Source: Planctomycetaceae bacterium (GTDB lineage: Bacteria; Planctomycetota; Planctomycetia; Pirellulales; PALSA-1355). From it: DNA of 64,000 nt. This document shows positions 1 through 10,229 of the stretch, piece after piece. A program made the position numbers and the translations under genes. Position 1 is the first letter of the stretch. Each line of letters opens with the position of its first letter. The notes beneath the pieces were generated by a model. It was not told where the DNA came from and did not search any database. It saw only the letters and a list, made by a program, of their open reading frames with translations. The stretch is taken from assembly GCA_003153375.1 (NCBI GenBank), contig PLYM01000217.1, forward strand, positions 7,558 through 71,557, written 5' to 3'.

Positions 1-1346
1 GCGTCCGGATCGGGTGCGTCCCCCTCGATCACTTTGACGTTGACCCGCTGCTGATTCGGTTCGCTGGTCACGAACGTCCGCGAGACCTCGACCGGCAACT
101 TGCTATTGCGCGGAATCATCACGTGGTTGACCGTCTTGCCGGTCTTGGGGTTTCGGGCCGCGACGCCCAACCCATGCGAGTTGACGTCCTCTTGCTTGAC
201 GTTGCGCAGCAACTTGCGAATTCGTTCGGCCAACTCGCTCGATTCGCCGCGAAACTTGGCCTCGAGAATCGCGGCATGAATGGCGGCGCCCTGGGCCACG
301 GCCGTGTGTGGCGAGAGTCCGGCGAACGGCTCCTTGCCGGAGAGTTCTTTGAGCATTTGCGGCACCTTGGGCATCAACGTCGAGCCGCCTACCAGCACCA
401 GCGCATCGAGCTGCTTGGACGTCACCGAGGCTTGCTCGAGCACCAGTTGCACGGTGTCGCAAGTGCGTTGCAACAGATCGGCGGTCATGATCTCGAACTG
501 ATCACGCGTTACCGGCACCGACAGCGTTTTGCCCGCGTGACGGCAGGAGATCGTGGTTGAGTTCGTCTGCGAGAGTACGATCTTGGCCTGGTCGGCATCG
601 TGCCGCAGCATCTGCAACGTGGCGGCCGACTGGCGTGGATCGGAACCGTGACGGGAAATGAATTGCTCGGCCACGTGATCGACCAGCCGGTCGTTCCAGT
701 CGATGCCACCGAGATGCACGTCGCCGTCGGTGGCCAACACCTGGAAGTGGCTGGGCGTATAGCGCACGACCGTGGCGTCGAACGTGCCGCCTCCCAGGTC
801 GTAGACCAGCGCCAAGTGCGGCCGGTGTTCGCCGCCGGTGGCGCCCAGTTCGCCTCGCGCCCAGGCATAGGTCAGCGTGGCCGCCGTGGGCTCGTTGATG
901 ATGTCGATGATGTTGATGCCCGCGATGCGCCCGGCGTCTTCGGTAGCCTTTCGCCGGGCGTCGTTGAAGTAATAGGGCACCGTGATCACGGCATTGCCGA
1001 TCTTGCCGATCCGTTTCTCGGCGTCCTGCCGCAGCTTCTTCAGAATCAGCCCTGAAAGGAACTCGGGCGTGATCTCGCGGCCGTCGAAGGTGCGCTTGTA
1101 GTCGGTGTTGCCCATATACCGCTTGACACGGTCGACCACGTGATCGGGGTCTTCCATCGCCGCTCGGGTGCGGCTGGGACCGACCACCACGTGGCCGCTC
1201 TCGGCCAGCAGGATCAGGCTGGGCGTCTCGACCTCATCGTCCTCATTGGCTACCGGAACCGGATTGCCCTCTTGATCCAGCACCGCGAGCGTCGAGAACG
1301 TGGTGCCGAGATCGATTCCTACCGTCAGACCTGGCTTGAATTCCAT
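1..1346 (-). CDS. Hsp70 family protein (DnaK-like paralog), 3' end runs off window
   Basis: Manual translation from ATG at 1346: MEFKPGLTVGIDLGTTFS...AVITVPYYFNDARRKATEDAGRIAG...IINEPTAA...VYDLGGGTFD...LVGGSTLMP. These are Hsp70 signature motifs. Absent from the ORF track because there is no stop in the window. Confidence 0.93.
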   Translation of the reverse strand, partial: MEFKPGLTVGIDLGTTFSTLAVLDQEGNPVPVANEDDEVETPSLILLAESGHVVVGPSRTRAAMEDPDHVVDRVKRYMGNTDYKRTFDGREITPEFLSGLILKKLRQDAEKRIGKIGNAVITVPYYFNDARRKATEDAGRIAGINIIDIINEPTAATLTYAWARGELGATGGEHRPHLALVYDLGGGTFDATVVRYTPSHFQVLATDGDVHLGGIDWNDRLVDHVAEQFISRHGSDPRQSAATLQMLRHDADQAKIVLSQTNSTTISCRHAGKTLSVPVTRDQFEIMTADLLQRTCDTVQLVLEQASVTSKQLDALVLVGGSTLMPKVPQMLKELSGKEPFAGLSPHTAVAQGAAIHAAILEAKFRGESSELAERIRKLLRNVKQEDVNSHGLGVAARNPKTGKTVNHVMIPRNSKLPVEVSRTFVTSEPNQQRVNVKVIEGDAPDPD

Positions 1347-1698
1347 GAATGCTGCTTCTCAGGGTGAAAGCGTCGAATGAGGCCCGCGAAAACCCCTGGC
1401 AAGCGATCTCACGGACCCTGCGCCGGAGCGGTTCGCGGAGGCTGGGCGGCGCTGAAATGGCTCGCGGAACGGGGCCGCGACCACTCAACAATTTTCGATT
1501 CTCAACTGTCGCGAGTCAAGCAATGCCGCGCGAGACGGGTGGGGTGCTTGCCGGTCCGAGCGCGGCGCGGTGAGGTTTTGGAGCGGTGCGAAGCGGGCCA
1601 AAACACGGCCGATGGGCCCGCTGCCAGTTGGGGCCAACCAAAGGTTACGCAGGCGCGCGAGTGCCGTACGTCAGGCCCATAGGCGCGGAATCGAGGCA

Positions 1699-2022
1699 CT
1701 ATTCCTCGATCACTTCCTTGACCGGCTGAATGAAATGGGGCGATTTGGCCGAAGTGGTCAGCTCGGCCGCCTTCTTCTCGGCCTGTTTTCGCTGACTATA
1801 GTCGAACAGCGCCACGCGTTTCATGGACTGATTGAAGACGCCCCAGAAGGCCTTGAGACGCACTTCCTTGGCGGTTTTCGCCCGGCTCTTACGTTTAACC
1901 GGCTTCTTCTTGACGGCCTCATCCCCCTTGGGGGCTTTTTCCTTCTTCTTCGGTTTGGCCTCGCGCTCCGCGGCGTCGTTTTCTTCACGCAACTCTTTGC
2001 GGTTCAGTACTTTGCGGGCCAT
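1699..2022 (-). CDS. Small Lys-rich conserved hypothetical protein
   Basis: 107 aa, ATG start, protein-like composition (MARKVLNRKELREE...RLKAFWGVFNQ...HFIQPVKE). Confidence 0.8.
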   Translation of the reverse strand: MARKVLNRKELREENDAAEREAKPKKKEKAPKGDEAVKKKPVKRKSRAKTAKEVRLKAFWGVFNQSMKRVALFDYSQRKQAEKKAAELTTSAKSPHFIQPVKEVIEE

Positions 2023-2174
2023 ATTCTAGCGTTTCCCGAAGGGTCAGGGCGAAAGCGCCTCGCGGCGAACGGCCACCATCATAACCCATTTACGCCCAGC
2101 CCGCTAGTTTCGCTTTTCAAGCGTTTGTCCGGAGCCTGACGCATGGGCAGCCCTCGATTGCGTCCGCGTGGCCT

Positions 2175-2465
2175 CTAGTCGATCGGCGTCGCCCCGGCCG
2201 GCGGAGTGCCTCCCCCCTCGCGAACGTACTGGGCACGTCCTTGAGCGTGCTCCTGGGCTGTCGGATCGGCTTCCGTTTCAGCCGATATGCCCCGCTGCTG
2301 GTCGAACAGCCGCCGCAGATAACCCCGGCACCAGCCGCAGCCCGTGCCGGCCCCAAAGCAATCGCTCAACTGCCCGGGCCGGGCGGGCTTTTCCACGCGG
2401 ATGTAGTTGATGACTTTGCGCTTCGTGACGTGGAAGCAGAGGCAAAGTTCGTCGTCGAGTTCCAT
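2175..2465 (-). CDS. BFD-like [2Fe-2S]-binding protein
   Basis: CLCFHV...GAGTGCGWC four-Cys BFD pattern. Confidence 0.88.
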   Translation of the reverse strand: MELDDELCLCFHVTKRKVINYIRVEKPARPGQLSDCFGAGTGCGWCRGYLRRLFDQQRGISAETEADPTAQEHAQGRAQYVREGGGTPPAGATPID

Positions 2466-2501
2466 CGGTCGCTCCGGCTGCGCCGCCTGGCCCGCGTGGG
2501 G

Positions 2502-3761
2502 CTATTCTATCTGAGTGGCCAGATCGAGCGCGATCGAGCAGGCTTTTTCGAAGGCGGCGATATCCAGATATTCGCTCGTGGTGTGGATTTGCGACTGCCC
2601 GCAGCCGAGGGTGACGGTTGGAATGCCGTGGGCCGTCATCCAATTGGCGTCCAGGCCCCCGTTGCTCACGGCCCGCTGCGGCTCAAGCCCGGCGGCCCTC
2701 ACGGCCTGCTCGGCCGCCACGACCGCGGGCTCGTCCGCGGCCAGGCGAAAGGCCTCGTAGTCCTGCCGCCCATGAAATTGTACCTTGCCGTGGGCGCCGG
2801 AGGCATTGCGCACTTCCTTGGCCGCCTTCGCGAAGGCCTGTTCGATCGTGGCTACGATTTTCTTGCGGAAGTCCTTGTCGTGGCTGCGGGCCTCGGCTTT
2901 CAGCTCGACGCGATCCGTCACCACGTTGGTTGCTTCGCCGCCATGGATGAAGCCCACGTTGCTCGTACCGGTCGCCGATCCCTTTTGGATCAGGCCGTGC
3001 CAACCGTCGCGCACCAGGTCGGCGATCGCCAGCGAGGCGATGGCAATGGCGCTGATTCCCTGTTCGGGCGCGGCGCCTGCGTGGGCGGCGAGTCCGTCGA
3101 TTTCGATTTGCAATCGATATCCGCCGGTAGCGGCGACCGTCACTTTCTCGGCTGCTCCGCCGTCCCAGTTGAAGGCCAGCTGCGGCTTGCCCAACAGCGG
3201 CAACTGCACGTGGTGTGCGCCGTGCAAGCCGACCTCCTCCTGAATCGGCCAAAAGAACGTCAACGGTGGGTGCGGCAGCTTGTGCTCCAGAATCTCGAGC
3301 GCCGTGTTGAGCACGACGGCCACGCCCGAGCGGTCGTCGGCGCCCAGTCCGGTGCTCGGGTCGGCCGAGCGCACGACATGGCCACGGCGCACGGGCTTGG
3401 CGCCGACGCAAATCGGCACCGTATCCATGTGGGCCATTAGCAGCCGCCGAGGCGCGCGGACGGTGCCGGGAAGTTGAAAAATCAAATTCCCGACCTCGCC
3501 GGCCAGCGGCGTTCGCTTGTGGGCGTTGTCGTGGCGAATGGCCGCTGCCGGGGCGCCGGCGGCCCGCAGTTTCTTGGTGATGTAATCGGCAACGCCCTTC
3601 TCGTGCCCGCTGGTGCCTCGGATGGCCATCAGCTCCATGACCATCTGAAAGGCCCGCTTTTGGTTTGCGCGGGGCCGGACCACGGCGGCCCCGTTGGTGG
3701 CCGTGCGCGCGGTGCGTGAGGAAGCGGAGCGGGTTTTCTTTGCTTTGATTTGGGTAGCCAT
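2502..3761 (-). CDS. M20/M25/M40 family metallopeptidase (peptidase T-like)
   Basis: AHMDTV, LGADDRSG, EEVGLHG, IHTTSE metal-binding motifs; start taken at MATQIK. Confidence 0.9.
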   Translation of the reverse strand: MATQIKAKKTRSASSRTARTATNGAAVVRPRANQKRAFQMVMELMAIRGTSGHEKGVADYITKKLRAAGAPAAAIRHDNAHKRTPLAGEVGNLIFQLPGTVRAPRRLLMAHMDTVPICVGAKPVRRGHVVRSADPSTGLGADDRSGVAVVLNTALEILEHKLPHPPLTFFWPIQEEVGLHGAHHVQLPLLGKPQLAFNWDGGAAEKVTVAATGGYRLQIEIDGLAAHAGAAPEQGISAIAIASLAIADLVRDGWHGLIQKGSATGTSNVGFIHGGEATNVVTDRVELKAEARSHDKDFRKKIVATIEQAFAKAAKEVRNASGAHGKVQFHGRQDYEAFRLAADEPAVVAAEQAVRAAGLEPQRAVSNGGLDANWMTAHGIPTVTLGCGQSQIHTTSEYLDIAAFEKACSIALDLATQIE

Positions 3762-3898
3762 GATGCGTTGAATGGGCCTTTTGGCAAGCTGCCTTGTCGT
3801 CAGGGGGGACCGCACTTTATCCTAGTCGATGAGGCATACCAGCGACAGGACGACCGTGCGGGGCAGCCGGCCGCCTGTCGAATTGGGCGGAGGATCGC

Positions 3899-4342
3899 AT
3901 GCGATTTTTTTTGGCCGGAATCATGCAGGGCTCGCACCGCGGGGCCGACCTGCACGACCAGGACTATCGCACGCATATCAAACGCTTGCTCGAAGACCAT
4001 TTGCCGGGGGCCGACGTCTACGATCCGATGGCCGATCATGCCGGGTCGTTGAGCTACGACGACGAACAAGGGCGGCGCGTCTTTTTCCATCACAGCCACA
4101 TGTGCCGCGAGGTGGACGTCGTTTTGGCCTTCGTGCCCGAGGCCTCGATGGGCACGGCGGTCGAAATGTGGGAAGCCTATCAAAGCGGCCGCGCCGTGAT
4201 CGTGGTCAGCCCCATGAAGCACAACTGGGCCGTCAAGTTTCTGAGCCACGAAATCTATGCCGATGTCGGCGAACTGGAGCAGGCCCTGGTAAGCGGCCGG
4301 TTGGCCGAGCGGCTGCGCGAGATCTTGTGCGCCGACGCCTGA
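3899..4342 (+). CDS. Nucleoside 2-deoxyribosyltransferase-like protein
   Basis: FFLAG...VYDP...DVVLAFVPEASMGTAVEMWEA is an NDT-fold signature. Confidence 0.7.
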   Translation: MRFFLAGIMQGSHRGADLHDQDYRTHIKRLLEDHLPGADVYDPMADHAGSLSYDDEQGRRVFFHHSHMCREVDVVLAFVPEASMGTAVEMWEAYQSGRAVIVVSPMKHNWAVKFLSHEIYADVGELEQALVSGRLAERLREILCADA

Positions 4343-4356
4343 CTTGCTCGAAAAGT

Positions 4357-5004
4357 CTACTTCATTGAGTCCAGCATCTTCAGCAGATCCTCCTTGCTGA
4401 GGTCATCCTGGTTCATCTGCAAGAAGATCATCGCCGAGCCTCCCTTGCCGTTGAACGTGCCAATCACCCGCCAGACCTTGCGGTTGGTCTTGTTTCCCTG
4501 CCCGCTGGCGATCCGGAATTTGGCCGGCCGGCCGTTGATCTCGAGATCGCGCGTTTCGCTCTGCTCGATGTCCACCTCTTCCATGTCGCGGCGGCCACTG
4601 GTGCGCATCTGGTTGCGCCATTGGATGTTCATCTGCTGCTCGTCCATCTGCCAGCCAAATTCCATCAAGGCCATCATGTTCTTCTCGCCCTCGTCGCCAT
4701 ACATGGCCATGGTCATGAAATTCTTGCCGGTTAGCGGAATTGGAATGCTCATGCACATCATCGGCGGCAATGCCTCGGGCACTTCGATCGTCACGATCTC
4801 GGCCGTCACCTCGCGAATGCGGTTCGGATCCTTGCTGACCGAATCTTTCACATTTTGAAAGTACAAGTAGCTGCTCAGGCCGCCGCCGCCACAGCAGAGC
4901 ACGACCAGCAATCCGCACCCGATTCCGAACCCCAGCAGCAACTTGCTCGAGCCGCTCATACCCGCGGGACGAGACTCGGGGCTGTCGTAGGGATTGGTCG
5001 ACAT
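4357..5004 (-). CDS. Single-pass membrane hypothetical protein (paralog 1)
   Basis: NPYDSP...LLLGFGIGCGLLVVLCCGG TM segment followed by a soluble domain. Confidence 0.85.
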   Translation of the reverse strand: MSTNPYDSPESRPAGMSGSSKLLLGFGIGCGLLVVLCCGGGGLSSYLYFQNVKDSVSKDPNRIREVTAEIVTIEVPEALPPMMCMSIPIPLTGKNFMTMAMYGDEGEKNMMALMEFGWQMDEQQMNIQWRNQMRTSGRRDMEEVDIEQSETRDLEINGRPAKFRIASGQGNKTNRKVWRVIGTFNGKGGSAMIFLQMNQDDLSKEDLLKMLDSMK

Positions 5005-5074
5005 AAGGACGCCTCTCGCGTGGATGTTCCGCTGCCGCCGCCTGTCGAACTGCCGCCACCAGCCCGCTCAGGCC

Positions 5075-5719
5075 TTACTTCATCGACTTCAACAGATCCA
5101 ACACCTGGTCTTGGGGGAAGGCGCTTCGCTTCACTTCGAATTCCAGGTGAGCCGGCCCACCCTTGCCGTGGAAAGGGCCCGCAACGTGCCAGAACTCCTC
5201 GCCGCCTTCGCCGCGCGTGCCTTGCTCGATCACGAATTCGGCCTGTTCACCATTGACCTTGGTGTCGAAGTCTTCCGACTTGGTGACCGTCAGTGGTTCC
5301 CGGTGCAACTCCGCATCGAACGTATCGTCCATCGTTGCCAGGCCCGGGTTCGTTGCCGCCTCGCCTGAAGACTGATCCAGCTTCAGCCAGCCACTCGAAG
5401 CGGTGTCTCGATACAGGGCAATTTTCTTGGTTCCTTGCCCAAAGGGCACGACGAAGTCCATGGCCCTGTTAGGCTCGAAGCCAGGCGGAATGGAAATCGT
5501 CACGATCTCGTCGGTCACGCGGCGAATTCCCGCCGGATCGGTCAGATTAGCATTTTTGGCCAGGTTGGCGCCCCAATAGGTCAGCGCGCCAAATCCGCCG
5601 CAGCAGATCAACAGCACCACCCCGCAACCGATTCCCAAGCCCAACAGCAGCTTTTTCGTGCCACTCATGCCTTGAGGGCGATATTCGGGGTTGTCGTATG
5701 GATTCGTGGGCTGTGACAT
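5075..5719 (-). CDS. Single-pass membrane hypothetical protein (paralog 2)
   Basis: NPYDNP...LLLGLGIGCGVVLLICCGG; RBS AAGGAG upstream; co-linear with 4357-5004. Confidence 0.85.
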   Translation of the reverse strand: MSQPTNPYDNPEYRPQGMSGTKKLLLGLGIGCGVVLLICCGGFGALTYWGANLAKNANLTDPAGIRRVTDEIVTISIPPGFEPNRAMDFVVPFGQGTKKIALYRDTASSGWLKLDQSSGEAATNPGLATMDDTFDAELHREPLTVTKSEDFDTKVNGEQAEFVIEQGTRGEGGEEFWHVAGPFHGKGGPAHLEFEVKRSAFPQDQVLDLLKSMK

Positions 5720-5850
5720 GGGCACTCCTTCACCAATGCGAATGGGGGTGGCAAACCGAGCGGGCCACCTACCAGCCGGCCGCGCCGCCGACCATTGTGG
5801 TCCTAGACCGCCGGACTGTCAATTTCTAGCGGATGAGCTGACGTGACCCG

Positions 5851-7227
5851 CTACAACAAGTGCCGGGCCTTGATCTCCAGGTATCGATTCACCAGCCCGG
5901 CGGTCATTTGCTCTGGAAAGACGTCGAGTGACAACACGCCTTTGCGCTCCAAGTCGGTCAGCACGCCGCGGCGCCAACTCACGATCTCATCGGCCGCGGC
6001 GGCCTGATACAGCGAGGCGTCATCCTGCGGGGGCGTTGCCACCGCGTCGAAGATACCGTGGTCGCGCAGCAAGACGGCCAACGGCAAATGCCGCCCGACT
6101 AGTCGCGTCAGATACTGCTCGATCTGGTGCGAGTTCACCTCGTCGATGACGTTCGTGATCAGCACCACGAGCGACCGCTTGCGGCAGCGAGAATTCAGAT
6201 AGACGAAGGCCTCGTCATAGCGCGACTCGACCAGCCGTGGGAAGCGGTCAAATGAGGCGTGCAGCAGTTGATTCATCTGGTTCATGCCGCCCCGTGGCGG
6301 GACGAACCGCTGGATTTCATCGGCAAAGCACAGCAGTCCCACCGAATCGCCCTGAGCCAGGGCCACGTAACTGAGCATCAAGGCCGCGTTGAGCGCGTGG
6401 TCCAACAGGCTGATGCCGCCGGCCGTATTGGTCATCATCCGCCCGCAGTCGAGCAAAAACAGCACCCGCTGACTTTGATTGACCTGAAAGTCCTTGACGG
6501 TCAGCTTGCCGCGACGGGCCGTGCTGCGCCAATCGATGTGCTTGTAGTTGTCGTCGAGCGTATAGTCGCGCAAGCGCTCGAACTCGTTGTCCTGGCCGAT
6601 CCGCCGCGCGCGGCGCACGCCCAACATGCTCAGCCGATTGGTGCGGGCCAGCAGCGCGTATTCGCTCAGCTGCAACATGTCGGGATAGACGTGCAGTGAG
6701 TTCTGCGCCTCAAAGGTCAGATAACGCTGCCACAGACCCAATCGACTCACGACCCGCAGGTAGATGGCTTCCATTTGGAACGCGCCCCGTCGCCCGGCGG
6801 CCAGCTGGTAGTGGTGCGTGGCGCGGCTCTGCGGCGGCAGCCGCAGGCCGATTTCCTCGGGCGTGGCGGCACAGTCGCGTGGCACGTCGTCGCGCACCCA
6901 GACCTCGAGCGCGTGCGGCGAACGGTTGCTGATTGTCAGCTCGACCGGGTGGGGCTTCTTGAGCGAGGCGATGCGCCCCATTTCGCGCTGGCAGACGAAC
7001 CACTTCCGCCGCGGCAGGCTGGCCAAATCGACCAGCATCACGAGCACCATCAGGAAGTCGAATCCGAGCAGCCAGGGCAGAACGCTCGCGCTGAAGATCA
7101 GGCCAAACGACATCAGCGCCGGCAGCAGAGCCCAGACGACGAGCATCCGGCGTGGATAGATGCTCCAGATCCAGGCCAGACCGGCCAACAGCAACGGAGC
7201 CAGAACCGACAGCGCCAGCGGGTTCAA
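5851..7227 (-). CDS. DUF58 / vWA-domain membrane protein
   Basis: EFERLRDYTLDDNYKHIDWRSTAR DUF58 motif, LLDCGRMM; overlaps the MoxR stop. Confidence 0.92.
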   Translation of the reverse strand: MNPLALSVLAPLLLAGLAWIWSIYPRRMLVVWALLPALMSFGLIFSASVLPWLLGFDFLMVLVMLVDLASLPRRKWFVCQREMGRIASLKKPHPVELTISNRSPHALEVWVRDDVPRDCAATPEEIGLRLPPQSRATHHYQLAAGRRGAFQMEAIYLRVVSRLGLWQRYLTFEAQNSLHVYPDMLQLSEYALLARTNRLSMLGVRRARRIGQDNEFERLRDYTLDDNYKHIDWRSTARRGKLTVKDFQVNQSQRVLFLLDCGRMMTNTAGGISLLDHALNAALMLSYVALAQGDSVGLLCFADEIQRFVPPRGGMNQMNQLLHASFDRFPRLVESRYDEAFVYLNSRCRKRSLVVLITNVIDEVNSHQIEQYLTRLVGRHLPLAVLLRDHGIFDAVATPPQDDASLYQAAAADEIVSWRRGVLTDLERKGVLSLDVFPEQMTAGLVNRYLEIKARHLL

Positions 7228-8273
7228 AGCCGGGGTACCTCAACCGATCGAATCAAGTCGCCCAGCAGGTCGTCGACCCGATGCCCCTCGACCTCGGCTT
7301 CGGCAGTCAGGATCACCCGATGTCGCAGTGCCGGCACCGCGATGTCGACGATATCGTCGGGCACCACGTAGTCGCGGCCCCGAAACGCCGCCAGCGTGCG
7401 CCCTCCTTGCACCAGCGCGATGCCGGCGCGCGGCGAAGCCCCCAGATGAAATTGAGGCCATTCGCGGGTCGTGCGGACCAGCGTGTTGATGTACTGAAAC
7501 AGCTTGTCCTCGACGTGTACCGCCCCACAGCGGGTCGTCACTTCGACGATCTCTTCGGGCGAGGTGACCGTTTGCAGCGTCTCGGCCAGTCGCTGATCGA
7601 GATCCACCTGTTGGCCGTGCTGCTTGAGAATCGCTACTTCCTCGGCGGCCGAGGGATAGTTGGCCACGATCTTGAACATGAAGCGGTCGAGCTGCGCCTC
7701 GGGCAGATTGTAGGTTCCTTCCGATTCCAGCGGGTTCTGCGTGGCCAGCACCAAAAACGGCCGCTTTAGCTTGTGGCTCGTGCGTTCGACCGTGACTCGA
7801 TACTCCTGCATAATCTCCAGCAAGGCCGCGTGCGTCTTGGCCGGCGAGCGATTGATCTCGTCGGCCAACAAGAACTGGGTGAAGACCGGCCCGGGCCGAA
7901 AGCGAAATTCCTGCTGTTTCATATCGAAGATCGGCGCGCCGGTGATGTCCGAGGGCATCAGGTCGGCCGTGAACTGAATGCGACCGCACTGGCAGCCCAG
8001 CACCTTGCCCAGCGCGCGGACGAACAGGGTCTTGCCCAGCCCCGGCACGCTCTCGATCAAGACGTGGCCGCTGGAGAACAGCGCTACCAACGTGCCCAGC
8101 ACCAGCTCGTCTTGCCCGACGTAGATCTTGGCGATCTCGGCCGTAATGCGATCGAACAAGGATCGCGCCCGCGAGGCCGATTCGCTGGGCAGCGGTGGGG
8201 CAACATTCGGCGGAGCCAGTGGGGCGACGGGCGGCGGAGGAGGCGGTGGGATTTCGGAAGGAAGCTCAGACAT
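7224..8273 (-). CDS. MoxR family AAA+ ATPase
   Basis: HVLIESVPGLGKT, RIQFTADLMPSDITG, LLADEINR, ATQNPLESEGTYNLPEAQLDRF, GASPR. Confidence 0.95.
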   Translation of the reverse strand: MSELPSEIPPPPPPPVAPLAPPNVAPPLPSESASRARSLFDRITAEIAKIYVGQDELVLGTLVALFSSGHVLIESVPGLGKTLFVRALGKVLGCQCGRIQFTADLMPSDITGAPIFDMKQQEFRFRPGPVFTQFLLADEINRSPAKTHAALLEIMQEYRVTVERTSHKLKRPFLVLATQNPLESEGTYNLPEAQLDRFMFKIVANYPSAAEEVAILKQHGQQVDLDQRLAETLQTVTSPEEIVEVTTRCGAVHVEDKLFQYINTLVRTTREWPQFHLGASPRAGIALVQGGRTLAAFRGRDYVVPDDIVDIAVPALRHRVILTAEAEVEGHRVDDLLGDLIRSVEVPRL

Positions 8274-8343
8274 ATACGGCCGCGTGCCTTTGAGGGTGAG
8301 AGCGATGCAAGTCAGTGGTGCCAGCCTGGGAGTATGAAAGGTC

Positions 8344-9480
8344 CTATTGTACGGATTTGCCAGCCGCGATGTCGCCTTCGGCCAATTTTGCCTCGGCGTA
8401 GGCCCGGTCTTTCGTACGGCGTAGCAATTCGCCCATCGCCTCCACGTGCTTGGCGAAGTCAGATGCCGAGGCCTCGTCCGGCACCCGCGGACGGCCAAAG
8501 ATCGGCCAGCGGGCGAAACAGAAAATCAGCCCCAGCACGGCCAGGTGCAACAGCACGCCGTTGAGCGGCCAAGCGCCAAAGACTTTCCACATGGAGTTAT
8601 CAGCTTGCGGTGGATCGACCGCCGGGCCGCCGGGCCCACTTTCGATGAAAATCACCCTGCCCGGCGCCGCCGCGCGCACCAGCCGGCCGGCCAGTTTGCG
8701 ATGTTCCGAATTCACCAGCGGCAGATTCAGCAGGAATGAGCCGTTGGCCACGAAAATGATTTGGCCATCGTCCCAATGCGACTCGCGCGCCGTGGCCACC
8801 AGCACGTCGTCGTCGGCAGTGAGCTCCCGTTCGACTTTGAGGGACGGCAGCAGTTTGTTTCCCAGCTCGATCTCACAGCGCGCTGCGTCGATGCCGGCGC
8901 TCCACGGACCATCCAGTTTGCGCACGTTGCGCGATTTCGCCGGTTCGATGCGGAACCAATCGCACGTCAGTTCCTCGTCGTCGCGATCTTTCTCGGCTTG
9001 AACGCGAGCTCGCACGGTCGCCTGGGTTTCGTTGGCCCGGTATTCGTCCTGGAACTCGGCCGGCGCCCGAGGAGCCATTTTTCGCCAATACTGCGGCGTC
9101 GCGTCGAAGGCACGTCCCACGTAGATCAGCGTGCGGTTCGGTCCGCTGGCCAGCCATTCCTCGAACCAATCGCAAACGCCCTGAGATGGAGCCTCGAAAT
9201 CATCGGGAAACCACACGATTGTTTCGACCGACTGCATCGCTTGGGTGAGCAGCACGCGCCGCGAATCGACTTCGTGGCCGGCTGCCTCGAACATGCCGAC
9301 GAAAATGTCGGTGCCGTTGACGCTGGCGTCGTCGCCCCAGCCCCGTTGCCGGCCGTACTCGGTTTCGATTCCCGACTGCGCGCAGCCGCCGGCCAAAAGG
9401 CAGCCGGCCAGGATGGCCAACAGCCAGCCGCGCGCTCGACCGCGATTGAATAGCATGGCGTGCCGTCGTTGGCTCATCAT
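8344..9480 (-). CDS. DUF4350-like exported/membrane protein of the MoxR operon
   Basis: Lipoprotein-like signal (LLAGGC), C-terminal TM followed by RWPIFGRP; canonical operon position. Confidence 0.72.
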   Translation of the reverse strand: MMSQRRHAMLFNRGRARGWLLAILAGCLLAGGCAQSGIETEYGRQRGWGDDASVNGTDIFVGMFEAAGHEVDSRRVLLTQAMQSVETIVWFPDDFEAPSQGVCDWFEEWLASGPNRTLIYVGRAFDATPQYWRKMAPRAPAEFQDEYRANETQATVRARVQAEKDRDDEELTCDWFRIEPAKSRNVRKLDGPWSAGIDAARCEIELGNKLLPSLKVERELTADDDVLVATARESHWDDGQIIFVANGSFLLNLPLVNSEHRKLAGRLVRAAAPGRVIFIESGPGGPAVDPPQADNSMWKVFGAWPLNGVLLHLAVLGLIFCFARWPIFGRPRVPDEASASDFAKHVEAMGELLRRTKDRAYAEAKLAEGDIAAGKSVQ

Positions 9481-10229
9481 AGCGCGGCTCGCGTGACCAG
9501 GTTCTCGAACTCAGGCAATTGCTCCCAGCAGGCTTCGAAGCCGGAGCGATCCAACTGCCGCCCGCCGAAGAAAACCCCTTCGAACGTCGTGACTGTCAAT
9601 TCGAGCAGTGTCCGCAACGGCTGCACGCGGGACGTCTCGCGCAGATATTGCCGATTCGTCTTGCCGCCCGCCAATTGAATCAAGGCGTTCTTGTCCAGCT
9701 CGACGAGCTCGTAACTGAAAAGGTAAATGATCGCCTCGCTGTAATTGCCCAACTGATAGTGCCGCCTGGCCTCGCCCAACAAATCGCCCCGCGGCCGTTC
9801 GCCCATGAAAGGCAGGGCCTCGATCCGTTCGGGCTCGAGCACGCCGGCTGGCTGCGTCTTTGGGTGCGGCGTGCGCTTGAAACCGCCCATCCAAGCGATC
9901 CGCACCAGAAAATAGATCGATGCCACCAGCAGCACGGCCACGATGCCCCAGACCAGCCAATCGAGCCGAAAGCGGGGCAGCTTCCAGGGTTTCCAGGGCC
10001 GGCGGAACACAATCGGCCGCAAATCCTCCTGAGCCGCGTCGTACCACGGAAAATTCCTGCCGCTGCCGAAGGCCTGGCGCGCATCCCGGATCGATTGCTG
10101 CGACTCTTCGCCGGCCGCGGGACCATCGGCTGCCCGCACCGGCGCCATGGAAACACAGAGCGCTGCCAGCAGCAGCGCGCCCGGCACGCCCCAGGCCAAC
10201 GTTCGCACGATCATTGCCCGGCAGGTCAT
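9477..10229 (-). CDS. DUF4129-domain membrane protein
   Basis: Signal plus TM, then YSEAIIYLF...KTNRQYLRE...FEGVFFGG (DUF4129-like); ATGA overlaps with neighbours. Confidence 0.8.
   Translation of the reverse strand: MTCRAMIVRTLAWGVPGALLLAALCVSMAPVRAADGPAAGEESQQSIRDARQAFGSGRNFPWYDAAQEDLRPIVFRRPWKPWKLPRFRLDWLVWGIVAVLLVASIYFLVRIAWMGGFKRTPHPKTQPAGVLEPERIEALPFMGERPRGDLLGEARRHYQLGNYSEAIIYLFSYELVELDKNALIQLAGGKTNRQYLRETSRVQPLRTLLELTVTTFEGVFFGGRQLDRSGFEACWEQLPEFENLVTRAAL

Noticed and set aside
3899-4342. Anti-phage TIR/NDT effector
   Set aside because: Solitary gene among housekeeping-type neighbours with no defence context; the fold alone is insufficient
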